Source of the DNA: a virus
Taxonomy: Duplodnaviria; Caudoviricetes
Strand: one strand, 5' to 3'
Length of the DNA: 38,494 nucleotides
Virus record (IMG/VR): IMGVR_UViG_3300020045_002572
Span: 1-38,494 of that record
Shown: piece by piece, positions 26,723 through 36,233 of the stretch
Layout of the letters: each line of letters begins with the position of its first letter
How positions within the stretch are numbered: position 1 is the stretch's first letter
The notes under the pieces: model-generated
Seen by the model: the letters and a program-made list of their open reading frames with translations, nothing else
The model's database searches: none
What the model was told of the DNA's origin: nothing
Position numbers and translations under genes: made by a program

Positions 26723-26826
26723 GGAAAAGTACGCCTTATGCTTCGATTAAAAACCCAAACTTAAAAGTACAAAACAGTAAATAAATTAATAACCGAAACC
26801 TTAATTGCTACAATATATTGTTGTAG
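26695..26826. repeat. attC-like long imperfect inverted repeat
   Basis: ACATAAC(26695-701)...TATTGTAGCAGTTAAGG(26708-24) / CCTTAATTGCTACAATA(26799-815)...GTTGTAG(26820-26). Confidence 0.65.
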
Positions 26827-27135
26827 GTAGGTTTTTTAAATCACTAATTATGAGATACACAAATGAAGAACGATTAAGGCTAATAAAAGGCTATTGTGAA
26901 AGAACAAACAAAAGCATTGAAAATGTTTCAAGATTATTCACAGAAGAAAAATTGATTGAAAAATATGGTTCTGGTGGCGAATCTTATTTAGTTGAAAATC
27001 CTGATTGTACAGACGAAAGAGGAAATTTTATAAAAACTAGAAAAAAGAATACGCATTTAACGCCAAAAAAGAAAAAACGTAAAAAATAACACCTGCGTAA
27101 CTTTGGCTACAAAGTTGAGCAAACTTACCTACAAC
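26820..27135 (+). mobile_element. Gene-cassette-like unit bounded by 15-bp inverted repeats
   Basis: GTTGTAGGTAGGTTT (26820-34) vs AAACTTACCTACAAC (27121-35): 14/15 complementary, enclosing one ORF. Confidence 0.55.
26850..27089 (+). CDS. Basic hypothetical protein carried in the cassette (true start likely 26850)
   Basis: MRYTNEERL...THLTPKKKKRKK. Confidence 0.65.
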   Translation: MRYTNEERLRLIKGYCERTNKSIENVSRLFTEEKLIEKYGSGGESYLVENPDCTDERGNFIKTRKKNTHLTPKKKKRKK

Positions 27136-27175
27136 TACATAATTTTTTATAAGTAATAAATAATAAAATAAATCT

Positions 27176-27376
27176 ATGTACTCAACCCTATTCAACCAAA
27201 CACTCCACAATAACTACAAATTAGCGCAAATTTTAAACGTTTCTATAACACAAGTAATTCAGTATAGAAAAACAAAAACAATCAATTACGAGCGTTTATT
27301 TGAGTTTATGCAAAAATTAGAAATAAAAGAGTTTGAATTTGATAATGGTAAAATTAAAATAAATGTGAAGATATGA
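27176..27376 (+). CDS. Small HTH (Cro/XRE-like) protein
   Basis: NNYKLAQILNVSITQVIQYRK HTH-like pattern. Confidence 0.6.
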   Translation: MYSTLFNQTLHNNYKLAQILNVSITQVIQYRKTKTINYERLFEFMQKLEIKEFEFDNGKIKINVKI

Positions 27377-27555
27377 AAGAAAATTGGACAAGTAATAGCT
27401 TAAAACCTACTGAAGGAGATATTTTGATAATATGCTCTAATTATTTTGAAGAAAATTTAGTTGAAGTTTTTAATTATCCATTAGAGGATTTGAGACATAA
27501 ACACTCAACCGACGTAGGTTATTGGAAAATTAAAAACGAAATCGAAAAGTTATGA
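27373..27555 (+). CDS. Hypothetical protein
   Basis: ATGA-coupled ORF. Confidence 0.6.
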   Translation: MKENWTSNSLKPTEGDILIICSNYFEENLVEVFNYPLEDLRHKHSTDVGYWKIKNEIEKL

Positions 27556-27767
27556 CAAAGGAAAATACACCGATGCAAGAGTTGATTGAAGCAATGAATG
27601 AAAGTCCTTTAATGTTTCATTCAGCATTATCACTAATTTCAATATTAAAAAGCGTCGAAAAAGAAAAGCAAGTTGTTGAGGATGCTTGGTATAGCGGAGC
27701 AATTGATACTAATGCGGCACATATGGATTTAGCACAAGACTACTACAACCAAAAATTTAAACAATGA
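27552..27767 (+). CDS. Hypothetical phage protein
   Basis: TPMQELI...EKEKQVVEDAW...AQDYYNQKF pattern. Confidence 0.7.
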   Translation: MTKENTPMQELIEAMNESPLMFHSALSLISILKSVEKEKQVVEDAWYSGAIDTNAAHMDLAQDYYNQKFKQ

Positions 27768-28183
27768 AAAAATTAATTTCAACAACAGATTTTGTAATTG
27801 CTAATTCAGATGAAAACAGCATAGAATATAAACACGCCAAAACATTAAAGTCAAAACCTGAAAAATGTATGTTTGTTCCGACGGATGAAAACGGGAATGT
27901 TTTGGAAGAGCCAACAAGATATTCAAATGATGAATATGATACGATAGAGATTCAAGAATACCAAACCGCACTATCTAAAGTATGGTTTAAGGGGTTTGAG
28001 GTAAAAGATAATTTTGATACAAAACCAACTGATGTAAAACACATAACAAACGGCATAGTTAGTATATTTTGGTATAATTCGGTACAGGAGTGGTATTTAT
28101 CAAGAGGCATACAAACCATCGAAGACCTAATCCCCTACAACCTCGAAATAACAGAAAACTTTGGAAAAAACTTGCAGTTGTAA
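27764..28183 (+). CDS. Hypothetical phage protein
   Basis: LISTTDFV...MFVPTDENGNVLEEP...TIEDLI pattern. Confidence 0.7.
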   Translation: MKKLISTTDFVIANSDENSIEYKHAKTLKSKPEKCMFVPTDENGNVLEEPTRYSNDEYDTIEIQEYQTALSKVWFKGFEVKDNFDTKPTDVKHITNGIVSIFWYNSVQEWYLSRGIQTIEDLIPYNLEITENFGKNLQL

Positions 28184-28201
28184 ATTATTTTTGTAATTTT
28201 G
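28171..28201 (+). promoter_or_regulatory. -33/-7 promoter directly before terS
   Basis: CTTG (28171-74), 19 bp, TAATTTTG (28194-201); ATG 5 nt later. Confidence 0.6.
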
Positions 28202-28206
28202 TTGTT

Positions 28207-28626
28207 ATGGCAAGACCAAGTGAATATAATTTTGAACTTTGTCAGGATATATGTTTTGAAGTAGCAAACGGATTTAATATTAAAACTGTTTTAGCATCGA
28301 AACAAGAATATCCTGATTTTTCTACGTGGTGTAGATGGAGAAGAGAAAATGATGAATTACACAACCTGTATATAAAGAGTATTCAAGACAAAGCAGAAAG
28401 TGTTGATGAAGAGATTGACCACATAATGGATGGTTTAAAACACGGAACATACGAGCCAAGTGTTGCAAACGTACTTATACAAACTTTAAAATGGAAAGCG
28501 GCTAAATACTATCCTAAAATGTTTGGAGATAAAACCGATATTACAAGCGGTGGAGAAAAAATTAATAATGTTGCCCCACAAATAAAAGTAACTATTGTCA
28601 AACCTACTGATGACGATGAAGAATGA
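28207..28626 (+). CDS. terS: Terminase small subunit (true start likely 28207)
   Basis: MARPSEY...IC...P...TWCRW...LKWKAAKYYPKMFGDK...DITSGGEKI; directly upstream of terL. Confidence 0.88.
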   Translation: MARPSEYNFELCQDICFEVANGFNIKTVLASKQEYPDFSTWCRWRRENDELHNLYIKSIQDKAESVDEEIDHIMDGLKHGTYEPSVANVLIQTLKWKAAKYYPKMFGDKTDITSGGEKINNVAPQIKVTIVKPTDDDEE

Positions 28627-30019
28627 GATTGAGTTTTTATCAACAAAGGTTTTTTTAGATACTTGGGAGGCTACTCAAAGCGGTTTATATAAACTTATTG
28701 AACAAAAAGGGAGTTCAAGAAGTTCAAAGACTTGGAGTGATTTTCAAGTTTTATTTTTGGATTTATATGAAAACCCAATGACTACTTGCACAATTTTAAG
28801 AGATACTCAAAAAAGTTGTAGAGAAATTATAGAGGTTGATTGGGTTAAATGGCTAAGCGACCCAATGAGCAGAAAAAAAGAACTTGAAAAGAAACTTATT
28901 TCAGTTCAGCAATTTGATGAGTATATTAAAAAAGAATCGCTTTTAAAATACTTTTTAAGAAATAAAACTAATCATACTTGGACTTTTCTACACAATAACT
29001 CTTTTATTCGATTTACTGGATTAGATGATGAAGATGATGCGATGGGTATGACTCAAGATATTTGCTGGATAAACGAGCCTTATAATTTTAGCCACGAAGT
29101 TTATAAACAACTTAGTCAAAGAACATCGAAATATATCATTTTCGACTGGAATCCAAAACAAAATCATTGGATTGATATTGAGCGTAAAAAAGATAATACA
29201 ATTACATTACATTCGACTTATAAAGATAATGCCTTTTGTCCAGCAGAAAGTAAAAAACAAATTGAAAGCTATCAACCAGTAGAACAATGCGAATTAGTAT
29301 TACAAAATAAACTATCATTAAACGAGGCTTATAATTATAATATTGATACTAATATTTTAAACTTTAGTAAAAAAGAATTAAAAGAACTTTCAAGATGTTT
29401 GTATAATGAGTTGACAGATAGTGCAAGTTTATACCATTGGTTGGTATTTGGTAAAGGCGAGAAGTCAGAAAAACCAAATAGAATATTCCGTAATTGGCAA
29501 CAAATGGAAGATAAAGCGTTTTATGATTTACCTTATCAAAGCTACTATGCAACCGATTTTGGACTTTCAGCACCGACTGCTAATATTGAGTTTAAATTTG
29601 ATGGAGATAAAACATTCTTTTTTCATCAAAGATTATATAAACCAATGAATCAAATGGAAAGCACTTTGTCTGATGAATTTGAGAAGTTACAAACAATAAA
29701 GCAAAAAGAAAACATTTGTGATAGTGGCAATGAATTAAACAAAGCAGAGGGTACAAAGCTACGTAATAGCGGTTACAATGTAATTTTTGCGCAAAAAGGG
29801 CATGGAAGTATAAACGCTGGAATTGAAACGCTACAAAAGTGTAATGTTTATTATACAAAAAGTTCTATTGATTTGGAAAATGAGTATGAAAATTACTCTT
29901 GGAAAATGTATCAAGGTATTCAAATGGATGTACCAGAGGACAACCAAAACGACCACGCCTTAGATTGTTGCAGAATGGGTGTAAGTTGGTATGTTAAAAC
30001 AAGAGGACTTTCAATATAA
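28616..30019 (+). CDS. terL: Terminase large subunit (PBSX/Terminase_3-like; start likely 28616)
   Basis: Walker A GSSRSSKT, FTGLDD, WINE, DWNP, STYKDN, TDFG, NDHALDCCR. Confidence 0.93.
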   Translation: MKNEIEFLSTKVFLDTWEATQSGLYKLIEQKGSSRSSKTWSDFQVLFLDLYENPMTTCTILRDTQKSCREIIEVDWVKWLSDPMSRKKELEKKLISVQQFDEYIKKESLLKYFLRNKTNHTWTFLHNNSFIRFTGLDDEDDAMGMTQDICWINEPYNFSHEVYKQLSQRTSKYIIFDWNPKQNHWIDIERKKDNTITLHSTYKDNAFCPAESKKQIESYQPVEQCELVLQNKLSLNEAYNYNIDTNILNFSKKELKELSRCLYNELTDSASLYHWLVFGKGEKSEKPNRIFRNWQQMEDKAFYDLPYQSYYATDFGLSAPTANIEFKFDGDKTFFFHQRLYKPMNQMESTLSDEFEKLQTIKQKENICDSGNELNKAEGTKLRNSGYNVIFAQKGHGSINAGIETLQKCNVYYTKSSIDLENEYENYSWKMYQGIQMDVPEDNQNDHALDCCRMGVSWYVKTRGLSI

Positions 30020-30024
30020 ATTAG

Positions 30025-30354
30025 TATATTTGTTTAACTTAAAAATTAAGATTATGAAAGAAAGCGAAAAGATTTATAAAATAATAGAAGCAAAAGGTGT
30101 AAAATTTGCCGTTTGTATAAATGATAACAAAAAAAATTAGGATTATGGACTTAAATTTTTACATAGGAGAATACAAAAACTTTAAAGAAGAGTATAAAAA
30201 AGAAATTGTGCAAATGCATTGTAAAAATGAACAAGGTTTATTATATAATTCATATCAATTGTTTTACCAATATCTACAAATGTATTACCATAAACCACCA
30301 AAAGAAGTGATTGAATATTTTGAATTGAAATGCATTGAAACTATAATTTTATAA
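30025..30354 (+). other. Moron-like insert: -7 element, 28-aa ORF (30054-30140) and ORF 30145-30354
   Basis: TATATTTG at 30025-32 followed by two short ORFs between terL and portal. Confidence 0.5.
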
Positions 30355-30365
30355 AATAATCAATA

Positions 30366-30401
30366 ATTTATATACAATCTAAATAAATATTATTATATTT
30401 G
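30366..30401 (+). promoter_or_regulatory. Degenerate palindromic box overlapping the head-operon promoter
   Basis: ATTTATATACAATCTAAAT (30366-84) ends 9 bp before TATATTTG (30394-401). Confidence 0.55.
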
Positions 30402-30411
30402 TAGCAATTAA

Positions 30412-30508
30412 TTGATGTGAAGATACATCAAACTATTACAAATGAACGTAAACACAACTAATTTTAAAACAATAGCTTTACTTGACTAACGTTGGGTAAG
30501 GCTTTTTT
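30412..30508 (+). promoter_or_regulatory. Structured portal leader ending in a terminator-like hairpin
   Basis: TTGATGT/ACATCAA hairpin; AGCTTTACTTGAC-taac-GTTGGGTAAGGCT followed by a T-run ending 3 nt before the ATG. Confidence 0.5.
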
Positions 30509-30511
30509 GCT

Positions 30512-31723
30512 ATGGTAGAAAAGTCAATTAAATTATTTGGTAGAACTATATTTCAAGTAGAACGCAATCGTGCTGGTGAGTTTTCGTATCAGTTTTTAGA
30601 TGGTGGTAATGATTTTATTAATAGTGATAAATACTTAGCAATGTCTTTGGACAATCCAGTATTAATGACTATTTGTGCTATTCGTTCCGCTTTATATTCT
30701 CAAATGGAAATAAAGCACGTTGATAGTAATGGTAAAGTAATTGAAAACTCGCCTTATATTAAGTTATTACAACAACCAAACTATTTTCAAAGTCAAAACG
30801 ATTGGTTATTTCAGCAAATGTGGTTTTTATCAACTTCTGGAACTAATTTTATATTAGAGCGTAAAGCATTTTTAAACGATGTTCCTAAAGCAATATTTAA
30901 TCTTATTCCAAGTGAAATTGATTTAAACAAAGCGCATAAATTAGATAAATTTATAGTTACTGATAAAGATAAAAAATCATTTGGAGATAGAACTATTAAA
31001 TACACACTTGATTCAACGCAATATGATTTAAAATTAAACGAGTTAATCCCATTATACGATTTATCTAATGGATTAACTAATAATTCATTTTTTACAAGTG
31101 AAAGCCGAGTAAAAGGAGTTTGCAAAGTATTACAGAATATTGATGAAAATTTAAGGTCAAAGAATAAAAACCTTAAAATGTCGCAAAAGTATTTAGCAAA
31201 AAATTCCAGTGATGGAAACGAGGCGCAAATATTAGAAAATGATAGAAAAGATATTTATTCAAAGTTAGAAGTAAATTCAACTATTATAACAAATAGAAAT
31301 ATCGATGTTAAGCATTTAGTATCTGATATGAAAAAATTGTTTTTAGATGAGCAATTTGCTGATGATGCTAATAAAGTTTTACTTGCTTTTGAAATGAGTA
31401 AAAACGTTCTTAATTATTTCGCAAAGGATAGCACGTTTGAAAATCAAAATCAAGGATTAATTAGTTACGTTCAAAACTCAATACAAACAACTGCTAAAAA
31501 TACAATGAATAGTTTAAGTAGTCAGTGGGGATTGTTTGAACGTGGCGAAAAGTTAATAGCAAGTTACGACCATTTAGCTTGTATGCAAAGTGTTGTAGTT
31601 GATAAAATAAACAACTTCAAAGCTATGCAAGAGGCTATAAAATTAGCAATTGAGAATGGTACTTTAGACAATGCAACCGCTAAAAAAATGAGTGATGAAT
31701 TTAAAATTAAGTTAGGGTTATGA
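30512..31723 (+). CDS. Portal protein
   Basis: 403 aa after terL; LLQQPNYFQSQNDW...GTNFI and STFENQ motifs. Confidence 0.88.
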   Translation: MVEKSIKLFGRTIFQVERNRAGEFSYQFLDGGNDFINSDKYLAMSLDNPVLMTICAIRSALYSQMEIKHVDSNGKVIENSPYIKLLQQPNYFQSQNDWLFQQMWFLSTSGTNFILERKAFLNDVPKAIFNLIPSEIDLNKAHKLDKFIVTDKDKKSFGDRTIKYTLDSTQYDLKLNELIPLYDLSNGLTNNSFFTSESRVKGVCKVLQNIDENLRSKNKNLKMSQKYLAKNSSDGNEAQILENDRKDIYSKLEVNSTIITNRNIDVKHLVSDMKKLFLDEQFADDANKVLLAFEMSKNVLNYFAKDSTFENQNQGLISYVQNSIQTTAKNTMNSLSSQWGLFERGEKLIASYDHLACMQSVVVDKINNFKAMQEAIKLAIENGTLDNATAKKMSDEFKIKLGL

Positions 31724-31860
31724 GTAAAGTATTAAACACGCAAACACCATCAAAAATTAAAAAAATGATGGATGATATAGATGATAAAAATAGTAGTTTA
31801 TATAAAAGCTTAAGCGAAAAACATAAAATATTACTAACTGATAAAGTTGTAAAGAAATGA
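31720..31860 (+). CDS. 46-aa hypothetical protein, not in ORF track
   Basis: ATGA overlaps on both sides. Confidence 0.6.
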   Translation: MSKVLNTQTPSKIKKMMDDIDDKNSSLYKSLSEKHKILLTDKVVKK

Positions 31861-32690
31861 TAAAAGTATTAGAGTTTCCGAATAAGGAGTTTCAAACAAA
31901 AGAGGATTTATTTAAAGCATTAATTGAAAATAAAAAAGAATTAGTTTCTTTAAAGAAATCAGTAGTTAAAAATGCTGATGCGGTATCTTTTGGCTATTTA
32001 GATACGTCGGTTAAAATCGATACTAATAAAGAAGACGTTCAAACTCAGTTACAAAATCCCGAAACTTTGAATGTGAAAGTTGTAATCAATACAACAAACT
32101 TTTTAGATAGTCATAACGATTTTCACGCTAATGGAATTTGGAATAAATCTGTAAAAGATAATGTTACATTTTTACACTTACAAGAACACGACCGAAGTTT
32201 TGATAAAGTAATTACTGATACCGCTAAAGGATATGTTCAGTCAATGACTTGGAAAAAATTAGGTTTACCATACGAGGGTAAAACTGAGGCGTTAATATTT
32301 GAAAGTACAATTGAAAAGAAACGTAACGAGTTTATGTTAAATCAATACGCTAATGGTTGGGTTAAAAATCATTCAGTTGGTATGCGTTACGTTCAAATGG
32401 AATTAGCAATAAACACCGAAGCGGAATATGACAAAGAATATAAAGCGTTATGGGATGAGTACTATCCATTAATTGCAAACAAAGAAGTAGCTGATGAACG
32501 TGGTTACTTTTGGGTAGTAAAAGAAGCAAAGATAATTGAGGGTAGTGCGGTTGTAATGGGTAGTAACTCGGCAACACCTACATTAGAAAATAAAGATTTT
32601 GAAGCCGTTTTAGATGACACTTCAAAAAACGAGCCGTCAAACGACACTCAAAGAACCGAAATGTTAAAAGAATTATTAAACAAATTTTAA
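31857..32690 (+). CDS. Prohead maturation protease
   Basis: LDSHND, HLQEH, NHSVG, EGSAVVMGSNSATP; lies between portal and capsid. Confidence 0.85.
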   Translation: MIKVLEFPNKEFQTKEDLFKALIENKKELVSLKKSVVKNADAVSFGYLDTSVKIDTNKEDVQTQLQNPETLNVKVVINTTNFLDSHNDFHANGIWNKSVKDNVTFLHLQEHDRSFDKVITDTAKGYVQSMTWKKLGLPYEGKTEALIFESTIEKKRNEFMLNQYANGWVKNHSVGMRYVQMELAINTEAEYDKEYKALWDEYYPLIANKEVADERGYFWVVKEAKIIEGSAVVMGSNSATPTLENKDFEAVLDDTSKNEPSNDTQRTEMLKELLNKF

Positions 32691-32695
32691 AAAAA

Positions 32696-33883
32696 ATGAC
32701 ACAAGAAGAAATCATTAAAGCGTTGGGTGATAAAATCGACGCAATGAAAAACGAAAGCGTTTCTAAAGCGGAATTAATCGAAGTACTTTCTGCGGTTAAA
32801 GAATTAGAAACAAAAGGAGCAGAGGTTGCAACATTAAAAGAAAATGTTGAACAATTAGCTTTGCAAGTATTAGAACTTGAAACAAAAGGGGTTCCATCAA
32901 ACACACCAGAGAATTTAACTTCATTATTAGCCGAAAAAGCAGAGGAGTTAAAAGCTATGAAAGAAAAAAGCGGTGCAAGTGTTCAAATTCAATTGAAAGC
33001 AGCTGGAACAATGGCGCTTTCAACAAACACAACTGGTCAAATCCCACAAGCTGAAAGAGAGGCTGGTATTACAAGAATTGTAAGACGTAACCCTTTTATT
33101 TTAGAATTGGTTAATGTTGGACAAATTATGTCTAATGTTTGGGAATGGGTTGAGCAGAAAAATGCTGATGGTGGCGCTGCAATGACAGCTGAGGGTGCTG
33201 CTAAATCTCAAGCTGATTTTGATTTAGTAGTAGCAAGTGCAAACGTTAAAAAAGTAACTGCTTACATCAAAGTAACTAAAGAAATGCTTGATGACGTTGC
33301 TTTAATGCGTTCTGAAATTGACCAAGAATTAACAGAGTTAATTAACTTGAAAATTGATGACCAATTATTAAATGGTTCAGGTTTAACAACTAACTTGACT
33401 GGTATTACTACAAATGCTACTGCTTGGGCTGCTGGTGCTTTTGCTTTGTCTATTCCTACGCCTACTAAATGGGATGTATTAAGAACTGCTTTAAATCAAG
33501 TTAGAGTTAATTTGTTTGAGCCTAACTATATTGTTATGCATCCAACAGATGTTACGTCTATGGAATTATCAAAAGATAGTACTGGTCAATACATTATGCC
33601 ACCATTTGCTGCTTTAGATGGCACAATTGTAAGCGGTGTAAGAGTTGTTGCAAACACTGGTGTTACTATTGATAAATTCTTAGTTGGAGATTTCTCTAAA
33701 GCTGGTGTAAGATTTAAAGAAGGATTGACAATAAATGTAGGTTACGAAAATGACGATTTCACTAAAAACTTAGTAACTATCTTAGCTGAGGCGAGATTGG
33801 TACAAAGAGTAAAATCTAATCATTACGGAGCGTTTGTTTATGGTGATTTTAGCGATGCTATTACTGCATTAACTAAAGCGTAA
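32696..33883 (+). CDS. Major capsid protein (HK97 fold with N-terminal delta domain)
   Basis: Coiled-coil N-terminus, AEGAAK, KVTKEMLDD, QLLNGSG, MHPTD, LVGDFS, FTKNLVTILAEAR. Confidence 0.95.
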   Translation: MTQEEIIKALGDKIDAMKNESVSKAELIEVLSAVKELETKGAEVATLKENVEQLALQVLELETKGVPSNTPENLTSLLAEKAEELKAMKEKSGASVQIQLKAAGTMALSTNTTGQIPQAEREAGITRIVRRNPFILELVNVGQIMSNVWEWVEQKNADGGAAMTAEGAAKSQADFDLVVASANVKKVTAYIKVTKEMLDDVALMRSEIDQELTELINLKIDDQLLNGSGLTTNLTGITTNATAWAAGAFALSIPTPTKWDVLRTALNQVRVNLFEPNYIVMHPTDVTSMELSKDSTGQYIMPPFAALDGTIVSGVRVVANTGVTIDKFLVGDFSKAGVRFKEGLTINVGYENDDFTKNLVTILAEARLVQRVKSNHYGAFVYGDFSDAITALTKA

Positions 33884-33885
33884 TT

Positions 33886-34017
33886 ATGGGACACTATTTA
33901 GATACGACAACAGAGGTTACCTATAATGGTAAAACTACAAGAGTAGCTAAAGAAGATGCTCACTTGTACGTAGATAAAAAAGTAAAAAAAGAAGTTAAAC
34001 CAAAAGACAAAGAGTAA
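33886..34017 (+). CDS. 43-aa hypothetical protein, not in ORF track
   Basis: MGHYLDTTTEVTYNGK...KDKE; TAATG coupling. Confidence 0.6.
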   Translation: MGHYLDTTTEVTYNGKTTRVAKEDAHLYVDKKVKKEVKPKDKE

Positions 34018-34652
34018 TGCCTAATATAGTATCAATAACACAATTTAAGAAAGCAAACGAGTTAAACATTCCTTTGGCGGTTGCAGTTCCAAACTCAAAT
34101 CCGAGTACTGCAACACCATCAAACGAGGCTTATTTAACAAATTTGATTATTAGAGAGGAAAAAACGATACTATTAAACGCATTGGGTTTAGCAACTTATA
34201 ATACATTACAATTGGCGTTAGCGGATATTAACAATCCGCTATATGCCTCTTATAAAAAGTTAGTACAAGGTGATACTTACGATGGTAAAGTTTGGAATGG
34301 TTTAAATAACGATTACTCGTTACTGCTTTACAGAATTTATGAGGTATTTGTAACTGAAACTAACACACGATTATCAGCAATAGGAACAACAAAAGTTAAT
34401 CCACAAGGTGCGGAGCAAATGACACCTATTTATAAAATTGCAAATGCTAATCAAAACTTTCTAAAACAATATCAAGGCGGTTATTTATTCGAGCCTATTG
34501 TTTACGAAAACTTTGTTGATTGGTACGGACAAAGCGATGATGTAGAAGTAAGTTTATATAAATATTTACTTGACAAACAAGCGGATTTTGTCGATTTTAA
34601 AATAGAAGATTTTAAAGTGTTTTGTGAGAGTAAAAATAGTTTTGGTATATGA
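34017..34652 (+). CDS. Head-tail adaptor (putative)
   Basis: Position after the capsid gene; helical. Confidence 0.55.
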   Translation: MPNIVSITQFKKANELNIPLAVAVPNSNPSTATPSNEAYLTNLIIREEKTILLNALGLATYNTLQLALADINNPLYASYKKLVQGDTYDGKVWNGLNNDYSLLLYRIYEVFVTETNTRLSAIGTTKVNPQGAEQMTPIYKIANANQNFLKQYQGGYLFEPIVYENFVDWYGQSDDVEVSLYKYLLDKQADFVDFKIEDFKVFCESKNSFGI

Positions 34653-35158
34653 TAGTTTTTGAAGAGCAGTTAGCAAGGATAGTAGATGTTTTACCACCTT
34701 TTATTGGTGAGGATTTAGTAGAATTTCCAATTAATTATAATTGGGGAACTATTGAGGATTTAAACAAATATTTATCATTACCTACTGATGTTTCAAAATA
34801 TCCTTTGATTTGGTTAGCCAACGGACAAGACACACACGATTTGAGAGAGCCAAGTGTAAAGCGTAACGCAAGAATTATAATTGCAACACGTAGCTTGAAT
34901 GTTGATGAATTAAATCCATACCAATATCAAAACGATTTTAAGGTAATTTTACAACCTATTGTGGATAATTTATTATTAGCTTTAAAAGTAGGCGGAATTA
35001 GTCGATATGATGATATGATAATAAAAAGTGAGCGTTTTCCAAATTACGCAAAATTAGATACTACAAATCAAATTGATGTATGGAATGCAATAGCTTTAGA
35101 TATAGATATTACATTTAGCGGAGTTAGTTCTTGCTTACAAACAATAAATTTTAATTAA
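34649..35158 (+). CDS. Tail terminator / neck protein (putative)
   Basis: KYPLIWL motif; directly before the major tail protein. Confidence 0.55.
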   Translation: MIVFEEQLARIVDVLPPFIGEDLVEFPINYNWGTIEDLNKYLSLPTDVSKYPLIWLANGQDTHDLREPSVKRNARIIIATRSLNVDELNPYQYQNDFKVILQPIVDNLLLALKVGGISRYDDMIIKSERFPNYAKLDTTNQIDVWNAIALDIDITFSGVSSCLQTINFN

Positions 35159-35176
35159 ATAAAAAAATAAAAAACT

Positions 35177-36109
35177 ATGGCAGTTTTAATAAATCAAAAA
35201 GATTGTCTTACTACACGTAAGAATTTAGGTTTACCTGATTGTATTATACAAGAGGGTAGATTAAGCGGAAAAATACTTGTTCCTAAAGGATGGAGTATTA
35301 ATTTATCAACTGATACGTTTGATAAAGATTATGTAGATGAGCAAATACAATTAGGTAATTTTGTACCGATTTTAGGAGCAGTTGAAGTAACAAACAATAC
35401 ACCTGAGGCAACAACAGAAGAGTATCAAGGCGGTATTATGTCAGTAGTTCGTAATGGATTACCACAATACACTTTCAAATACTTAAAAGGCGGATGGAAG
35501 TTTGCAAATGCTTTGTACACTTACAATAGCCAACAAGCATTCGATGTGTTATTTGTGTTTACTACTGGTGCAATTGCTGGAGCAACTAACGGAACTACTT
35601 TTAGTGGTTTTGATTTAGGTATGTTAAATAGTGGTACGTATATGTTTACTGATGGTAATACGTCAGCAAGTGTATCAACTACTATTCAATTAATCAACGA
35701 AACACAATTCAATAGAGACGTTGCTTTGTTAGATAGAAGTTCATTAGATTTTGATATCAATACCGATGTAAATCCTATTACAGATATTTATATGACTGGT
35801 AGAGCAGACGTATCAGATGCAAAAGTATATTTCAAAGCTACATTTGATATGAATAGAGCAACTAATTTACTTGGTATTGCCATTGCTAATTTAAGATGCA
35901 CTATTAACGGAACACCTGAAACTATTACGGCTTTATCATTATCTTACAATTCAGTAACAGAGGAATGGAGTTTTACACCAACAACAACACTAACAACTTC
36001 TCAAAGTGTAGTAGTTCAGTTGTATGATAGTGTTAATTCAGTAGCTTGTGCAAAAATAGGCACAAGATTTTACAAAGGAGTTACGCCAGCGATTACGCCA
36101 GTAGCGTAA
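35177..36109 (+). CDS. Major tail tube protein
   Basis: 310 aa, beta-rich, with a probable C-terminal Ig-like extension; position. Confidence 0.75.
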   Translation: MAVLINQKDCLTTRKNLGLPDCIIQEGRLSGKILVPKGWSINLSTDTFDKDYVDEQIQLGNFVPILGAVEVTNNTPEATTEEYQGGIMSVVRNGLPQYTFKYLKGGWKFANALYTYNSQQAFDVLFVFTTGAIAGATNGTTFSGFDLGMLNSGTYMFTDGNTSASVSTTIQLINETQFNRDVALLDRSSLDFDINTDVNPITDIYMTGRADVSDAKVYFKATFDMNRATNLLGIAIANLRCTINGTPETITALSLSYNSVTEEWSFTPTTTLTTSQSVVVQLYDSVNSVACAKIGTRFYKGVTPAITPVA

Positions 36110-36147
36110 AAAGTTTTAATAAAACGTATTTATAACAAATAATTCAT

Positions 36148-36214
36148 TATATTTGCAATAGGTAAAGTTATAAAACAAGGATGAAAGGCAATCAATTAAT
36201 TTTGGTTGCCTTTT
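36148..36214 (+). terminator. -7 element followed by a terminator-like hairpin
   Basis: TATATTTG (36148-55); AAAGGCAATCAA/TTGGTTGCCTTT followed by a T-rich tail. Confidence 0.6.
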
Positions 36215-36233
36215 ATTTATTAAAAACAATATT

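Noticed and set aside
20996-28218. Identical ATGGCAAGACCA starts of the initiator and terS
   Set aside because: Only 12 nt, encoding the common MARP N-terminus; no further similarity.
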